Position numbers and translations under genes: made by a program. Shown one piece after another: positions 38,323 through 48,573 of a DNA stretch of 64,000 nt. Source of the stretch: an uncultured Acidobacteriaceae bacterium (GTDB lineage Bacteria > Acidobacteriota > Terriglobia > Terriglobales > Acidobacteriaceae); assembly GCA_963830285.1 (NCBI GenBank), contig CAWHLU010000003.1, positions 79,416 through 143,415 of the forward strand. Reading direction: 5' to 3'. Position 1 is the stretch's first letter. Every line of letters starts with the position of its first letter. Under the pieces are notes generated by a model. The model was not told where the DNA came from. It saw only the letters and a list, made by a program, of their open reading frames with translations, and did not search any database.

Positions 38323-38465
38323 CATTTACGGTATTGGCAAAACCAGAGATGATGTCTGCCGAAGCAACGATTTCAAGTCGACGTCAAGAGCACGCAGCGG
38401 CGACCCTCGGAAACACCGGCCGCGACGCACCATCTCTGGTCTTGCCGCAGTAAGCCAGTCCGGAC

Positions 38466-38903
38466 TTACCCTACGACTTCAATGCCCATGGAGCGGGCCG
38501 TGCCCTTGATGCTCTTGATCGCCGTCTCGACCGAAGCTGCGTTCAGGTCGGGCATCTTCTGCGTGGCGATCTCGCGCACCTGCTTTTCGGTCACCTTGCC
38601 CACCTTTTCCTTGTTGGGTGTGCCCGAGCCCTTGGCGATTCCCGCAGCCTTCTTCAACAGAACCGCCGCGGGCGGCGTCTTGGTGACGAAGGTGAAACTG
38701 CGATCGGCGTAAACCGTGATGACAACCGGAATAATCAGTCCGGCCATCTCCTTGTTCTGCGTGCGCGCGTTGAACTGCTTGCAGAACTCCATGATGTTGA
38801 CCTGGGCCTGGCCCAGTGCGGGACCGACCGGCGGTGCGGGCGTGGCCTTGCCGGCTTCGATCTGCAGCTTGACCAGTGCTGTTATTTTCTTCGGAGGTGC
38901 CAT
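38466..38903 (-). CDS. rplK: 50S ribosomal protein L11
   Basis: [38 protein letters not shown]. Confidence 0.98.
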   Translation of the reverse strand: MAPPKKITALVKLQIEAGKATPAPPVGPALGQAQVNIMEFCKQFNARTQNKEMAGLIIPVVITVYADRSFTFVTKTPPAAVLLKKAAGIAKGSGTPNKEKVGKVTEKQVREIATQKMPDLNAASVETAIKSIKGTARSMGIEVVG

Positions 38904-38922
38904 AGATGTTTCCTTCGGAAAC

Positions 38923-39064
38923 CAGCTTTCAGCTTCTAGCCATCAGCTCTCAGCTGGTTTATTCGTGTTGCGAATTTTGGTGTTGCGCTCAAGCGTTCGC
39001 TCGCAACCGGCGTCCGCTAGGCAGACCGACCGGCTAGAAGCTGAAAGCTAATAGCTAAAAGCTG
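38923..39064. repeat. Inverted heptamer-repeat element D (YAGC subtype), nusG/rplK junction
   Basis: CAGCTTT CAGCTTC TAGCCAT CAGCTCT CAGCT ... CTAGAAG CTGAAAG CTAATAG CTAAAAG CTG. Confidence 0.92.
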
Positions 39065-39067
39065 CAA

Positions 39068-39655
39068 CTACTCAATCTTTTCCACTTTGCTGAACTCCAG
39101 TTCAACCGGTGTCGAGCGTCCGAAGATGGTCACCATGACCTTCATCGTTTCGCGATCTTCGTTGATCTCGTCCACCACGCCGTTGAAGTTGGCAAACGGC
39201 CCGTCGGTGATGCGGACCTGCTCGTTCTTCTCAAACTTGATCTTCATCCGCGGCTTTTCTTTCGCCGTCTCCGAGCGGAAGAGGATCGAACTCACTTCTT
39301 CCTCGCTCAGCGCCACCGGCTTGTCGCCCGTGCCCAGAAAGCCCGTCACCTTGGGCGTGTCTTTCAACACGTGCCAGAGGTTGTTGTCGAGATCCATCTC
39401 CACCAGCACATAGCCGGGCAGAAAGACGCGCTCCACGGTGCGCTTTTTGCCGTTGATGATCTCGGTCACCGGCTCGGTGGGAATCATCACGCGCCCCACC
39501 TTGTCGCGCAGTCCGAAGGCCTGCACGCGGCTCTCGATCGACTCGCGCACCTTGCGCTCAAATCCCGAATAGGCGTGAAGGATGTACCACTTGAAAAGCG
39601 GGTTGCGCTCAGGCACCGGCGGCTGCTCGGGGGCCATCTCTTGTTCTTCTGCCAT
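39068..39655 (-). CDS. nusG: Transcription termination/antitermination factor NusG
   Basis: WYILHAYSGFE, PGYVLVEM, GPFANFNG, IFGRSTPVEL. Confidence 0.98.
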   Translation of the reverse strand: MAEEQEMAPEQPPVPERNPLFKWYILHAYSGFERKVRESIESRVQAFGLRDKVGRVMIPTEPVTEIINGKKRTVERVFLPGYVLVEMDLDNNLWHVLKDTPKVTGFLGTGDKPVALSEEEVSSILFRSETAKEKPRMKIKFEKNEQVRITDGPFANFNGVVDEINEDRETMKVMVTIFGRSTPVELEFSKVEKIE

Positions 39656-39682
39656 TCCTGTCTCGATTCGATGCTGCACGTC

Positions 39683-39967
39683 TTATTGCGCGCCCAGCTT
39701 GTGTAATATCGCCTGAAGGGCCCTGCTGAAAATGCTGTCCGTCACCCAGAAGAAAAATCCAAAGAGAAACACCGTGACGATAACCACGGAAGTGGTGGCC
39801 TGAACTTCCTTCCGCGTTGGCGTCACCACCTTCTTCATCTCCGCGCGCACATCGCTCAGGAAGCCGGTGAAGTTACTCCATGCGCCCATCGCACCGCCGG
39901 AGAAATTTGACAGACGCAGCTCCTGCCGTTGGCTGTCGTCGCCCTTCGATTGCTGATTCGTTGCCAT
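39683..39967 (-). CDS. secE: Preprotein translocase subunit SecE
   Basis: VRAEMKKVVTPTRKE plus one TM helix; between trnW and nusG. Confidence 0.93.
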   Translation of the reverse strand: MATNQQSKGDDSQRQELRLSNFSGGAMGAWSNFTGFLSDVRAEMKKVVTPTRKEVQATTSVVIVTVFLFGFFFWVTDSIFSRALQAILHKLGAQ

Positions 39968-39982
39968 ACTTCCAATCCTTCT

Positions 39983-40079
39983 CAGAGAACAGTGGTCAGT
40001 GAACAGTGATCAGTTTTTCGTACTCGTTCAGCAGCTTCCCGCTTTTCCTGATCTCTGTTCCCTGATCTCTGATGCTCTG
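39983..40079. repeat. Inverted heptamer-repeat element E, trnW/secE junction
   Basis: CAGAGAA CAGTGGT CAGTGAA CAGTGAT CAGTT ... CTGATCT CTGTTCC CTGATCT CTGATGCT CTG. Confidence 0.88.
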
Positions 40080-40089
40080 TTTCCCAATC

Positions 40090-40165
40090 TGGCAGGGGCG
40101 GAGGGATTCGAACCCCCAAGTTCGGTTTTGGAGACCGACAGTTTAGCCGTTGAGCTTACGCCCCT
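40090..40165 (-). tRNA. trnW: tRNA-Trp (CCA)
   Basis: AGGGGCG acceptor stem, TCGGT-CT-CCA-AA-ACCGA anticodon arm, GGTTCGAATCC, encoded CCA. Confidence 0.96.
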
Positions 40166-40170
40166 AAAAG

Positions 40171-40280
40171 CAGCGGTCAGTGTTCAGTGAACAGTGGTCA
40201 GTTTGTGATCGGCAGTACAAGCCATGCGGCCTGCACCTGCAATATCAAACTGATCACTGACCACTGACAACTGATCACTG
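40171..40280. repeat. Inverted heptamer-repeat element F, rpmG/trnW junction
   Basis: CAGCGGT CAGTGTT CAGTGAA CAGTGGT CAGTTT ... AAACTGATCA CTGACCA CTGACAA CTGATCA CTG. Confidence 0.92.
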
Positions 40281-40285
40281 TCTTC

Positions 40286-40435
40286 TTACTTCGTTTCCTT
40301 GTGCGGCTGGTGCTTGCGGCAGCGGTTACAGAACTTCTTGAACTCGAGACGGCCCGTGGTCGTCTTCTTGTTCTTCGTCGTCGAGTAGTTCCGCTCCTTG
40401 CACTCAGTACACTGCAATGTCACAATTTCCCGCAT
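40286..40435 (-). CDS. rpmG: 50S ribosomal protein L33, zinc-binding (C+) form
   Basis: Hand translation [49 protein letters not shown]; below the ORF-track length cutoff. Confidence 0.96.
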   Translation of the reverse strand: MREIVTLQCTECKERNYSTTKNKKTTTGRLEFKKFCNRCRKHQPHKETK

Positions 40436-40447
40436 TTCAAATCCCTT

Positions 40448-40540
40448 CAGTGCTCAGTGTCAGCTTTTCAGTGTTTCAGCTGTCAGTCTTTGACGCTGAT
40501 CAGCTTCGAACAGCTGACGCACTGATCACTGCTCACACTG
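40448..40540. repeat. Degenerate inverted repeat element G (6-9 nt units), tuf/rpmG junction
   Basis: CAGTGCT CAGTGT CAGCTTTT CAGTGTTT CAGCTGT CAG ... CTGACGCA CTGATCA CTGCTCACA CTG. Confidence 0.8.
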
Positions 40541-40543
40541 CTC

Positions 40544-41735
<1,192 letters not shown>

Positions 41736-41806
41736 TTCTCTCTTCCCCTCGCAGCTGCTATGCCATTGCCAAAAGGGCGCCGGGCGTTCCGGCTCCAGCC
41801 CTAAAA

Positions 41807-41919
41807 CAGTCGTCAGTGATCAGTGTTCAGTGATCAGTTTGTTCCTTGCTCTATCAGCCACATCAGCTCCATTTGCCTTTGCACCGACTGATCACTGAAC
41901 ACTGTTCAGCTGATCACTG
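41807..41919. repeat. Inverted heptamer-repeat element H, orf/tuf junction
   Basis: CAGTCGT CAGTGAT CAGTGTT CAGTGAT CAGTTT ... CTGATCA CTGAACA CTGTTCAG CTGATCA CTG. Confidence 0.92.
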
Positions 41920-41925
41920 CACTTC

Positions 41926-42235
41926 TCAGTAATACGCGTACGCCTTCAAATACCTTTGCCGCAAATCCGCCGGCACCTGTTTCCACCAGCCGCAGATAAC
42001 GCTCGCGGGTCAAACCCTGGTCCGAAACCGGCAGCGCCTTGTACAGCGCGATCGCTTCCTTGCCCAGCAATCCGCGATTGAGAACGCTCTCAAAATCGCG
42101 AATCCGCAGCTTTTGGCGAATCACGCGATTCAGAAAAACCTCCACGTCGCTCGCCTCGAACGCCGCATCGATCTCCGTATGAAGCGCCGCGTACGTCTTC
42201 TCGTCCTGAACCGAAATTGCTGCCTGCTCAAACAT
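41926..42235 (-). CDS. Hypothetical ~102-aa protein between trnG and tuf (one extra A near 41980)
   Basis: SD GAGG; removing one A gives ...YLRLVEQVPADLRQRYLKAYAYY* with TGA at 41926, just before element H. Confidence 0.75.
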
Positions 42236-42249
42236 TGAACCCTCAAAAA

Positions 42250-42355
42250 CAGCCTTCAGCTATCTAGCCGTCAGCTTTCAGCTCCATCCTGCCTACGCTT
42301 GCTGCACCGACTCGTTCCGCCGATTCCAAGCTGAGAGCTGAAAGCTGACAGCTAG
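42250..42355. repeat. Inverted heptamer-repeat element I (YAGC subtype), trnG/orf junction
   Basis: CAGCCTT CAGCTATC TAGCCGT CAGCTTT CAGCT ... AGCTGAGAG CTGAAAG CTGACAG CTAG. Confidence 0.9.
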
Positions 42356-42359
42356 TCTT

Positions 42360-42434
42360 TGGAGCGGGAGACGGGACTCGAACCCGCGACCAACAGCTTG
42401 GAAGGCTGTGACTCTACCACTGAGTTACTCCCGC
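42360..42434 (-). tRNA. trnG: tRNA-Gly (TCC)
   Basis: GCGGGAG acceptor, ACAGC-CT-TCC-AA-GCTGT, GGTTCGAGTCC, CCA. Confidence 0.96.
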
Positions 42435-42441
42435 CGAAAAA

Positions 42442-42552
42442 CAGTTGTCAGTGGTCAGTTGTCAGTGATCAGTTTGTTCCTGCCGATCGGACGCCGCATT
42501 CATCTTCCCGCCGACTGCCAACTGACCACTGTTCACTGACCACTGTTCACTG
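42442..42552. repeat. Inverted heptamer-repeat element J, trnT/trnG junction
   Basis: CAGTTGT CAGTGGT CAGTTGT CAGTGAT CAGTTT ... AACTGACCA CTGTTCA CTGACCA CTGTTCA CTG. Confidence 0.92.
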
Positions 42553-42558
42553 CATTTC

Positions 42559-42634
<76 letters not shown>

Positions 42635-42644
42635 CCTCAAACCT

Positions 42645-42751
42645 CAGCTCTCAGCCTTTAGCTGTCAGCTCTCAGTTTCTTGTCGATAGAAGCCACCTCG
42701 GCTCCCCTCACCACAATCAAACTGAAAGCTGATCACTGAAAGCTAAGAGCT
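42645..42751. repeat. Inverted heptamer-repeat element K (YAGC subtype), orf/trnT junction
   Basis: CAGCTCT CAGCCTT TAGCTGT CAGCTCT CAGTTT ... AAACTGAAAG CTGATCA CTGAAAG CTAAGAG CT. Confidence 0.9.
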
Positions 42752-42971
42752 CTTATCCCCTTCGCGGCGGATCTTCTCCGCCTTCATCGCCACCACGGTG
42801 CGCAACGTCAAGCCCACCGATAATGACCAGTGGAACCAGCCTCAGTTCCACCAACCTTCCCCCGACTGGAATCTTTCCATCAAGGGTAAACCAACTCAGC
42901 ACTGCCAAAACCGCGTACAAAACCAGCGCCACCCGGTACTTCTTCTCCAACGGGCTGCCGGCCATTGTCAT
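42743..42971 (-). CDS. Small two-TM membrane protein inside the tRNA cluster (probable extra T near 42810)
   Basis: YRVALVLYAVLAVLSWFTL...LVPLVIIGG; the corrected frame ends LRTVVAMKAEKIRREGDKSS* (as read, stop at 42753); SD GAGGA. Confidence 0.65.
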
Positions 42972-43005
42972 TCCTCAATGCCAGCTTCACAGTCAACTGC
43001 AGCGT

Positions 43006-43033
43006 CTGACCACTGATCACTGACCACTGATCA
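43006..43033. repeat. Solo heptamer arm L, trnY/orf junction
   Basis: CTGACCA CTGATCA CTGACCA CTGATCA; partner arm absent or decayed. Confidence 0.85.
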
Positions 43034-43042
43034 ACTCTTTAA

Positions 43043-43130
43043 TGGTGCACAGGGGAGGATTCGAACCTCCGTAACTCGAATGAGTGGCAGATTTACAGTC
43101 TGCTGCCATTAACCGCTCGGCCACCTGTGC
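43043..43130 (-). tRNA. trnY: tRNA-Tyr (GTA)
   Basis: GCACAGG acceptor, GCAGA-CT-GTA-AA-TCTGC, long variable arm, CCA. Confidence 0.96.
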
Positions 43131-43426
43131 CCAAACGCCCCAAAACGATAGACCTGTTTTGGGAGCGCCACATTCCATCTGGGATCCAGGTGCCCCATCC
43201 AAGACGCGCCTTTTGCGCCTTGCGCGAGAGACCATTTCTCCCAGCCATTAAACTTCAACCACCGCTCGACCCGCTTCCGCGCATTACCGACCTTACCGGA
43301 GAGCCTCCGGCTTGTCGGAGCATGCACCTCAGTGGGATCGCCGCAGAGGACTGAACCGGCAATCGAATCTCATCTCGCCGATTCTTCAAACTTGCTGCCG
43401 TCCGTTTTCCCGCTTCGTTCTCTAAG

Positions 43427-43502
43427 TGGAGCTGGCGAAGGGATTTGAACCCCCGACCCTCTGATTACAAATCAGATGCTCTACCAGCTGAGCTACGCCA
43501 GC
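43427..43502 (-). tRNA. trnT: tRNA-Thr (TGT)
   Basis: GCTGGCG acceptor, TCTGA-TT-TGT-AA-TCAGA, CCA. Confidence 0.96.
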
Positions 43503-43583
43503 CCGACCACCCAAAAACTTTGCCGGGAAACCGGTAATCCGCGGACACACTCCCGCTCCGCGCATAACACGGCACAGTTACTA

Positions 43584-43612
43584 AGGTTAGCACACCGGAA
43601 ACAGCGGAGCAA
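43584..43612 (-). promoter_or_regulatory. Sigma70 promoter of the tRNA-tuf operon, TTGCTC-N17-TAACCT with extended TG
   Basis: Hexamers with 17-nt spacer ~80 nt upstream of trnT(TGT). Confidence 0.6.
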
Positions 43613-43800
43613 ACCGGCACTTTCCCACAATCTTACATCGGTTTACGCATCCGGGAATCGGCTCCTGCATCTCCCGCCGCGACCGCAAAACAGCGCCGGA
43701 ATCGCGCCAATCCCCGGCAATGCGAAACGCGAAAGGACTTGACAACACTATCAGCCTACGGGAACCTTCTAGCGGGTCCCAATCATTCCAAGGAAGTCCT

Positions 43801-44806
43801 ATGAAAACCCAACGGATATTCACGGCTTTGATCGCCGGCGCGGCTCTCCTCGCTTCAGTTGCGGCAGTTCCTGCACGTGCACAAACCGCTCCCAAGCGCA
43901 GACCGCGCATCGCGGTCATGGATTTCGACTACGCCACCGTGCAGACTGCTTCCGCAGCCGTCTTTGGCACCAACGTCGATATCGGCAAAGGCATCGTCGA
44001 TCTGCTGGTCACCGGCCTGGTCAAGGACGGCACCTACTCGATCATCGAACGCAAGGCTCTCGACAAGATCATGGCGGAACAGAACTTCTCCAATTCCAAT
44101 CGCGCCGATCCTAACAGCGCGGCCAGAATCGGCAAGTTGCTGGGAGTGGACGCCATCATCGTCGGCAGCATCACCGAATTCGGCAACGAAACCAAGAAAA
44201 CCAACCTCGGCGGCGGCGGCGGCAACTGGCACGGCATCGGCCTCGGCGGCGTCGGCCACTCCAACTCCAAGGCCAATGTGGCCATCACCGCCCGCATCAT
44301 CAACGTGGACACCGGCGAGATTCTCGGCGTCGCCGATGGCAAGGGCCAGTCGGCTCGCTCCAGCACCTCCATGCTCGGCGGCGGTGGCAACTGGAGCGGA
44401 TTTGGCGGCGGGCACGCCGATTTCGGCTCCAGCGATTTCCAGCAACACCATCATCGGCGAAGCCACCAAGAAGGCCGTTGACGAACTGGCGGTCAACCTC
44501 GACGCGGATTCACCCAAGGTCGGCGTACGCACCATCACCGTGGAAGGCTTAGTGGCCGCTGTCGAAGGCACCCAGATCATTCTCAACGTGGGCGGCAAGG
44601 CCGGCATCAAGGTGGGCGATCAGTTCAATGTCGAGCGCGTTACCAAGGAAATCAAGGATCCAGCCACCGGCGCCGTGCTGCGCAAGCTTGCCACCACGGT
44701 AGGCGTGGTCAAAGCAACCGATGTGGACGATGTATCCGCGATCTGCGAAGCCGTATCGGGCTCAGGTTTCAAGGTCGGCGACAGGGTCAAGACCGTCACC
44801 CAGTAA
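43801..44806 (+). CDS. CsgG/HfaB-family exported protein with C-terminal beta domain (frameshift near 44440)
   Basis: RIAVMDFD, IIERKALDKIMAEQ, IGKLLGVDAIIVGSITEFG, RIINVDTGEI; continues IILNVGGKAGIKVGD in the next frame. Confidence 0.85.
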
Positions 44807-44834
44807 TCAAATCCAACAACGCGCCACGCAAGCA

Positions 44835-44867
44835 AACGCCCTTCGCATATTCACTGCGAAGGGCGTT
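44835..44867. terminator. Bidirectional terminator between convergent genes
   Basis: AACGCCCTTCGCA-TATTCAC-TGCGAAGGGCGTT. Confidence 0.75.
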
Positions 44868-44888
44868 CTATTTCACCTGAGACCGCTT

Positions 44889-46640
44889 CTAGTGTCCCAG
44901 AAACTTCTCCAGCCGTTGCGTCTCGAGGTCGGCGCGGTTCATGTACTCGTTGGCAGTTGCGAGATCATTCGCGTCCAACGCGTGGTGCGATTGAGTCAGC
45001 TGGTAGTGCAGCCGATTCATTGACGACAGGATATCGCCGCGAATATCCATTCCCTGCGCCTGCTGCTGTCTGCGAATCTGCTCCACGCCGGTCAGGGCCG
45101 AGTCTGCTCGAGCCTGCAGTTCGCCCAGGCGGTCGTTCGCCTCGCGAATCTCCCGCGGAGACGAACCGGCCGGCACCGTAGGCAAACCGCCGACCCCCGA
45201 ACTGGTAGCGCCGGAGTCGGAGGACGCCGTGGGAGGAACATAGTCCTCGCGCGGCTTGCCGTCCGCGACCGCCTTTGCGTGCGACCCGATGTGGTTCGGC
45301 CCCCCTGACGGTCTGGGCTTCGCTGGCGTGTCCCCCGTTGTCGAGTTGTCCGGCTTCGCCTCCGTATCGCTGGCCTGACCCGGCTTTGCCGCAGAATCCG
45401 CCGGAGGCGGCGTCACCGGCTGCGCGCTCGCATCCGCGGGCGGACTCTGTTGCTGCGGGCTGGCTTGCGGAGTGGCCTGCGTCTGGACGTCGCTGGCAAC
45501 GGATGCGATCTTCTGCTTGGCGTACGTGGCCAGTACGCGCGGCAGCAACACGGCCACCGCTACCAGCGCCAGAATCGCCATCGCCGCGCCAAGACTCAGC
45601 CACAATCCGCGATGAGACTTGGCGGCCATCGGCCGCGCTCCGGCCGGTGGAACCACGGGCGCGTACGCCTGAGGTTGCGGTGCGGCGGCAGACTGCGGTG
45701 CTGCCGAGGCTGCCGGATGCGGTGCCGTCGGCGCGACCGCCGGAATCACCATCGAAGCCTGAGGTACGGCCCCCTGAGGAACAGAGCCCAGAGGAACCGA
45801 AGCCTGAGGAACTGGCGCCGTCTTGGGCTCGTGCAACGCCCGTATCGCCTGGCGGAATTCGTCGGCGCTCTGGAAGCGCTGCTCCGGCTGCTTGGCCATG
45901 GCGCGCAGCACTATGCCGTTCAACTCCGGCGAAATCGCGGAATTGATCTCGATCAGCGGCGTGGGCGCCTGGTTGAGTTGCGCGTTCAGCACGCTGTAGG
46001 AAGTATCGGCCTGAAACGGCTTCTGCCCGGTAAGCATTTCGTAGAGCGTCACGCCGAACGAATAGATATCCGAACGGGCGTCCACGGTTCCGCCGCGCAC
46101 CTGCTCCGGCGACATGTAGTAGACCGAGCCCATCGTGGTTCCCGGGCGCGTGAGTTGCATGTCGTTCGTCGACTTCGCAATGCCGAAATCCATCAGCTTG
46201 ATCAGGCCGTGCGTGGTAATCATGATGTTCGATGGCTTGATGTCGCGATGCGTCACGCCGCGGCCATGCGCATAACTCAGCGCCGCCAGCACCTGGCTGG
46301 CGTAGTCGAGCATGCGATCGATCGGAATTCTCGTCTCCGCGGCGAGCTTGTCGAGCGTGGTGCCCTCCACATACTCCATCACCATCACAAACTGGTTCTG
46401 GTATTGGAACGCGGTGCGCAGTTGCGCGATGCCCGGATGATCGAGCGCCGCCAGGGTGCGGATCTCGGCCATGAATCGGGCGGCAAGGTCGGGGTCCGAT
46501 GCGAAGTCGGGAAGAAGGATCTTCATCGCCTCTTCGCGGTTGGAGATCACATTGCGAACTTTGAAGACGCGGCCCATGCCCCCGCTGCCAAGGGCCGCAA
46601 GAATCTCGTAGTCGCCGACGCGCCGATCAGACTCTCCCAT
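44889..46640 (-). CDS. Hanks-type Ser/Thr protein kinase with TM helix and extracytoplasmic tail
   Basis: LGSGGMGRV, AMK, HRDIKPSN, DFG, YMSPEQ, DIYSFG; Pro/Ala linker; TM; ATG 46640 with SD GGAGG. Confidence 0.95.
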   Translation of the reverse strand: MGESDRRVGDYEILAALGSGGMGRVFKVRNVISNREEAMKILLPDFASDPDLAARFMAEIRTLAALDHPGIAQLRTAFQYQNQFVMVMEYVEGTTLDKLAAETRIPIDRMLDYASQVLAALSYAHGRGVTHRDIKPSNIMITTHGLIKLMDFGIAKSTNDMQLTRPGTTMGSVYYMSPEQVRGGTVDARSDIYSFGVTLYEMLTGQKPFQADTSYSVLNAQLNQAPTPLIEINSAISPELNGIVLRAMAKQPEQRFQSADEFRQAIRALHEPKTAPVPQASVPLGSVPQGAVPQASMVIPAVAPTAPHPAASAAPQSAAAPQPQAYAPVVPPAGARPMAAKSHRGLWLSLGAAMAILALVAVAVLLPRVLATYAKQKIASVASDVQTQATPQASPQQQSPPADASAQPVTPPPADSAAKPGQASDTEAKPDNSTTGDTPAKPRPSGGPNHIGSHAKAVADGKPREDYVPPTASSDSGATSSGVGGLPTVPAGSSPREIREANDRLGELQARADSALTGVEQIRRQQQAQGMDIRGDILSSMNRLHYQLTQSHHALDANDLATANEYMNRADLETQRLEKFLGH

Positions 46641-46961
46641 AAGAACCTCCGGTGGAATGGGTTGGTGCCGGATTGAAGGGAACCCGCCGCGGAACGACCC
46701 GAGTCTACGCCAAATCGTGGTGCATCGCCCACAGAATTCGCATATCCCGGAACGCTTTTTCGCGCTGGGTGACCCGGCACGCACCAATCCCCCTGGAGAT
46801 AGTGCTGCCCGGCGTACCGCCGTATCAAATCACACGATTCCCCTCAGCCGATACTTCTCACCCGCCCTTCGAGCGAATGTGTCAAAAGTTGCAGAACAAG
46901 GCATGCACCCGTCACAGGCTAAGTAACTTGCAGGTTGCTATAGTTCCTGCCGGGGGAAGCC

Positions 46962-47430
46962 ATGAGGAAGATCTTAGCAATACTGATGTGTCTGGTTTTT
47001 CCGTTGAGCGCCTTTGCCGGCGACAACAGCTTACAAGATCGCCTATGACGGCGGATCGATTCAGAACGCCAAAGCTGGAACCGGAATGAAGCTGTACATC
47101 GATGGCACAAACATACGCATTATCAAAGACAAGACGGAAGTTGCCCTAATTCCGGCCGCCGCAATAACGGAAATCAGCTATGGACAGGACGTTCACCGTC
47201 GAGTCGGAGCAGCGATCGGGGTCGCAGTATTTTCGTTTGGCGTGGGAGCATTGCTGGCCCTGACCAAATCAAAGAAGCACTTTATCGGCCTCACTTGGGA
47301 CGACGCCGGGAAAAAAGGTGGCTTCGCTTTCCAGGCGGATAAGAACGATTACCGCGGGTTACTGGCTGGACTTGAGGGTGTCACCGGGAAAAAGGCTGTC
47401 GATTCGGAAGCAATGACCGTGAAGAACTAG
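46962..47430 (+). CDS. Secreted hypothetical protein (frameshift near 47030)
   Basis: MRKILAILMCLVFPLSAFAG signal peptide joins ORF 47014-47430 after removing one base. Confidence 0.7.
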
Positions 47431-47607
47431 CCCGAAGTCAAGTGTGCGGCGACAACCGGGTCAGCTATAAATTCGGCGTCTTTTGCATTCCGGAGGTGCT
47501 GATTTTGCGCTCTTCAACTGGAATTCTTCTTGCTCCTGACCGCCTCTCCGCGGGATGATTCCATAGCTCCCATTGATTGCATCGTCGTTCCCTCCAGAGG
47601 TGGACTT

Positions 47608-48486
47608 ATGCGGAATGCAATTCTTCGTTGCGTACTTCTCCTGTTGTGCCCGGTCCTGCTGGCCCAGCAGGCCCTCGACAACGCATCCGTCATCAAGTTG
47701 GTAAAGGCCGGTCTGTCTGAAGATCTGATCGTCACCACCATCAATTCCTCTCCGGGCACCTATGACACCTCTGCTAACGGATTGATCGCGCTGAAGAAAG
47801 CCGGCGCCAGCGACAAGGTTATCGCCGCCGTCGTCGTCAAGGCCTCGGGCGCCACCGCAGGTGCCTCCTCCGCAGGGACAGCCGCAGTCCCGGCCTCGAA
47901 CAACCCCTCCGGCGCAACCCTCGGCGAAGCCCCGATAGCCGGCAGCGCCTCACCCGCTGCTCCCACCGCTCCCGTAATGGGCGCTCTCCCGGCGGGTGTC
48001 GACAGTGTCGGCGTCTATTACCTCGACGCGACGGCCAACACCTGGCAGGAACTTCCAGCCGAGGTCGTCAATTTCAAGACCAGCGGCGCCCTCAAGCACT
48101 ACGCCAGCGTCGGCGTGGTCAAGGAAGACATGAATGCCCTGATCGGCGGCAATCGCAGCCGGACGATCCTCAAAATGCCCGCTTCGTTCATCTTTTACGT
48201 TCCGGAAGGCCGCTCGCCCGGGGAATACCAACTGCTCCGCCTCCACGTCAATGCCGACAGCCGCCAATTCCGCGCCAGCACCGGTGGCGTGGTCCACGAG
48301 TCCGGAGGCGCTATCCGCGACTCCGTCGACTACACCTCCAAGAAGATCGCGCCCCGCGTCTACCAGATCATCCTCGGCGAGGAGGTCGGCAAGGGCGAAT
48401 TCGGGTTCCTGCCCCCCTCCGATGCCGTTTCGGGGAACAACATCGCAAGTTCCGGCAAGATGTATACCTTTGCGCTCGTGCCATAA
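47608..48486 (+). CDS. Secreted hypothetical protein
   Basis: Signal peptide; LDNASVIKLVKAGLSEDLI helical domain; GC3-rich codons. Confidence 0.8.
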   Translation: MRNAILRCVLLLLCPVLLAQQALDNASVIKLVKAGLSEDLIVTTINSSPGTYDTSANGLIALKKAGASDKVIAAVVVKASGATAGASSAGTAAVPASNNPSGATLGEAPIAGSASPAAPTAPVMGALPAGVDSVGVYYLDATANTWQELPAEVVNFKTSGALKHYASVGVVKEDMNALIGGNRSRTILKMPASFIFYVPEGRSPGEYQLLRLHVNADSRQFRASTGGVVHESGGAIRDSVDYTSKKIAPRVYQIILGEEVGKGEFGFLPPSDAVSGNNIASSGKMYTFALVP

Positions 48487-48573
48487 CCGGCCGACGGGCG
48501 ACGGCACTCCCGCGCCCGGGAAGGCCAGTCCGATATCCTGTAAAGGGTAGCTTGCGGTCGGCTGCCGTTGTCC

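Noticed and set aside
29217-38465. Prophage or IS element as the cause of the rplK-rplA interruption
   Set aside because: No integrase, transposase, phage structural gene, terminal inverted repeat or target duplication seen.
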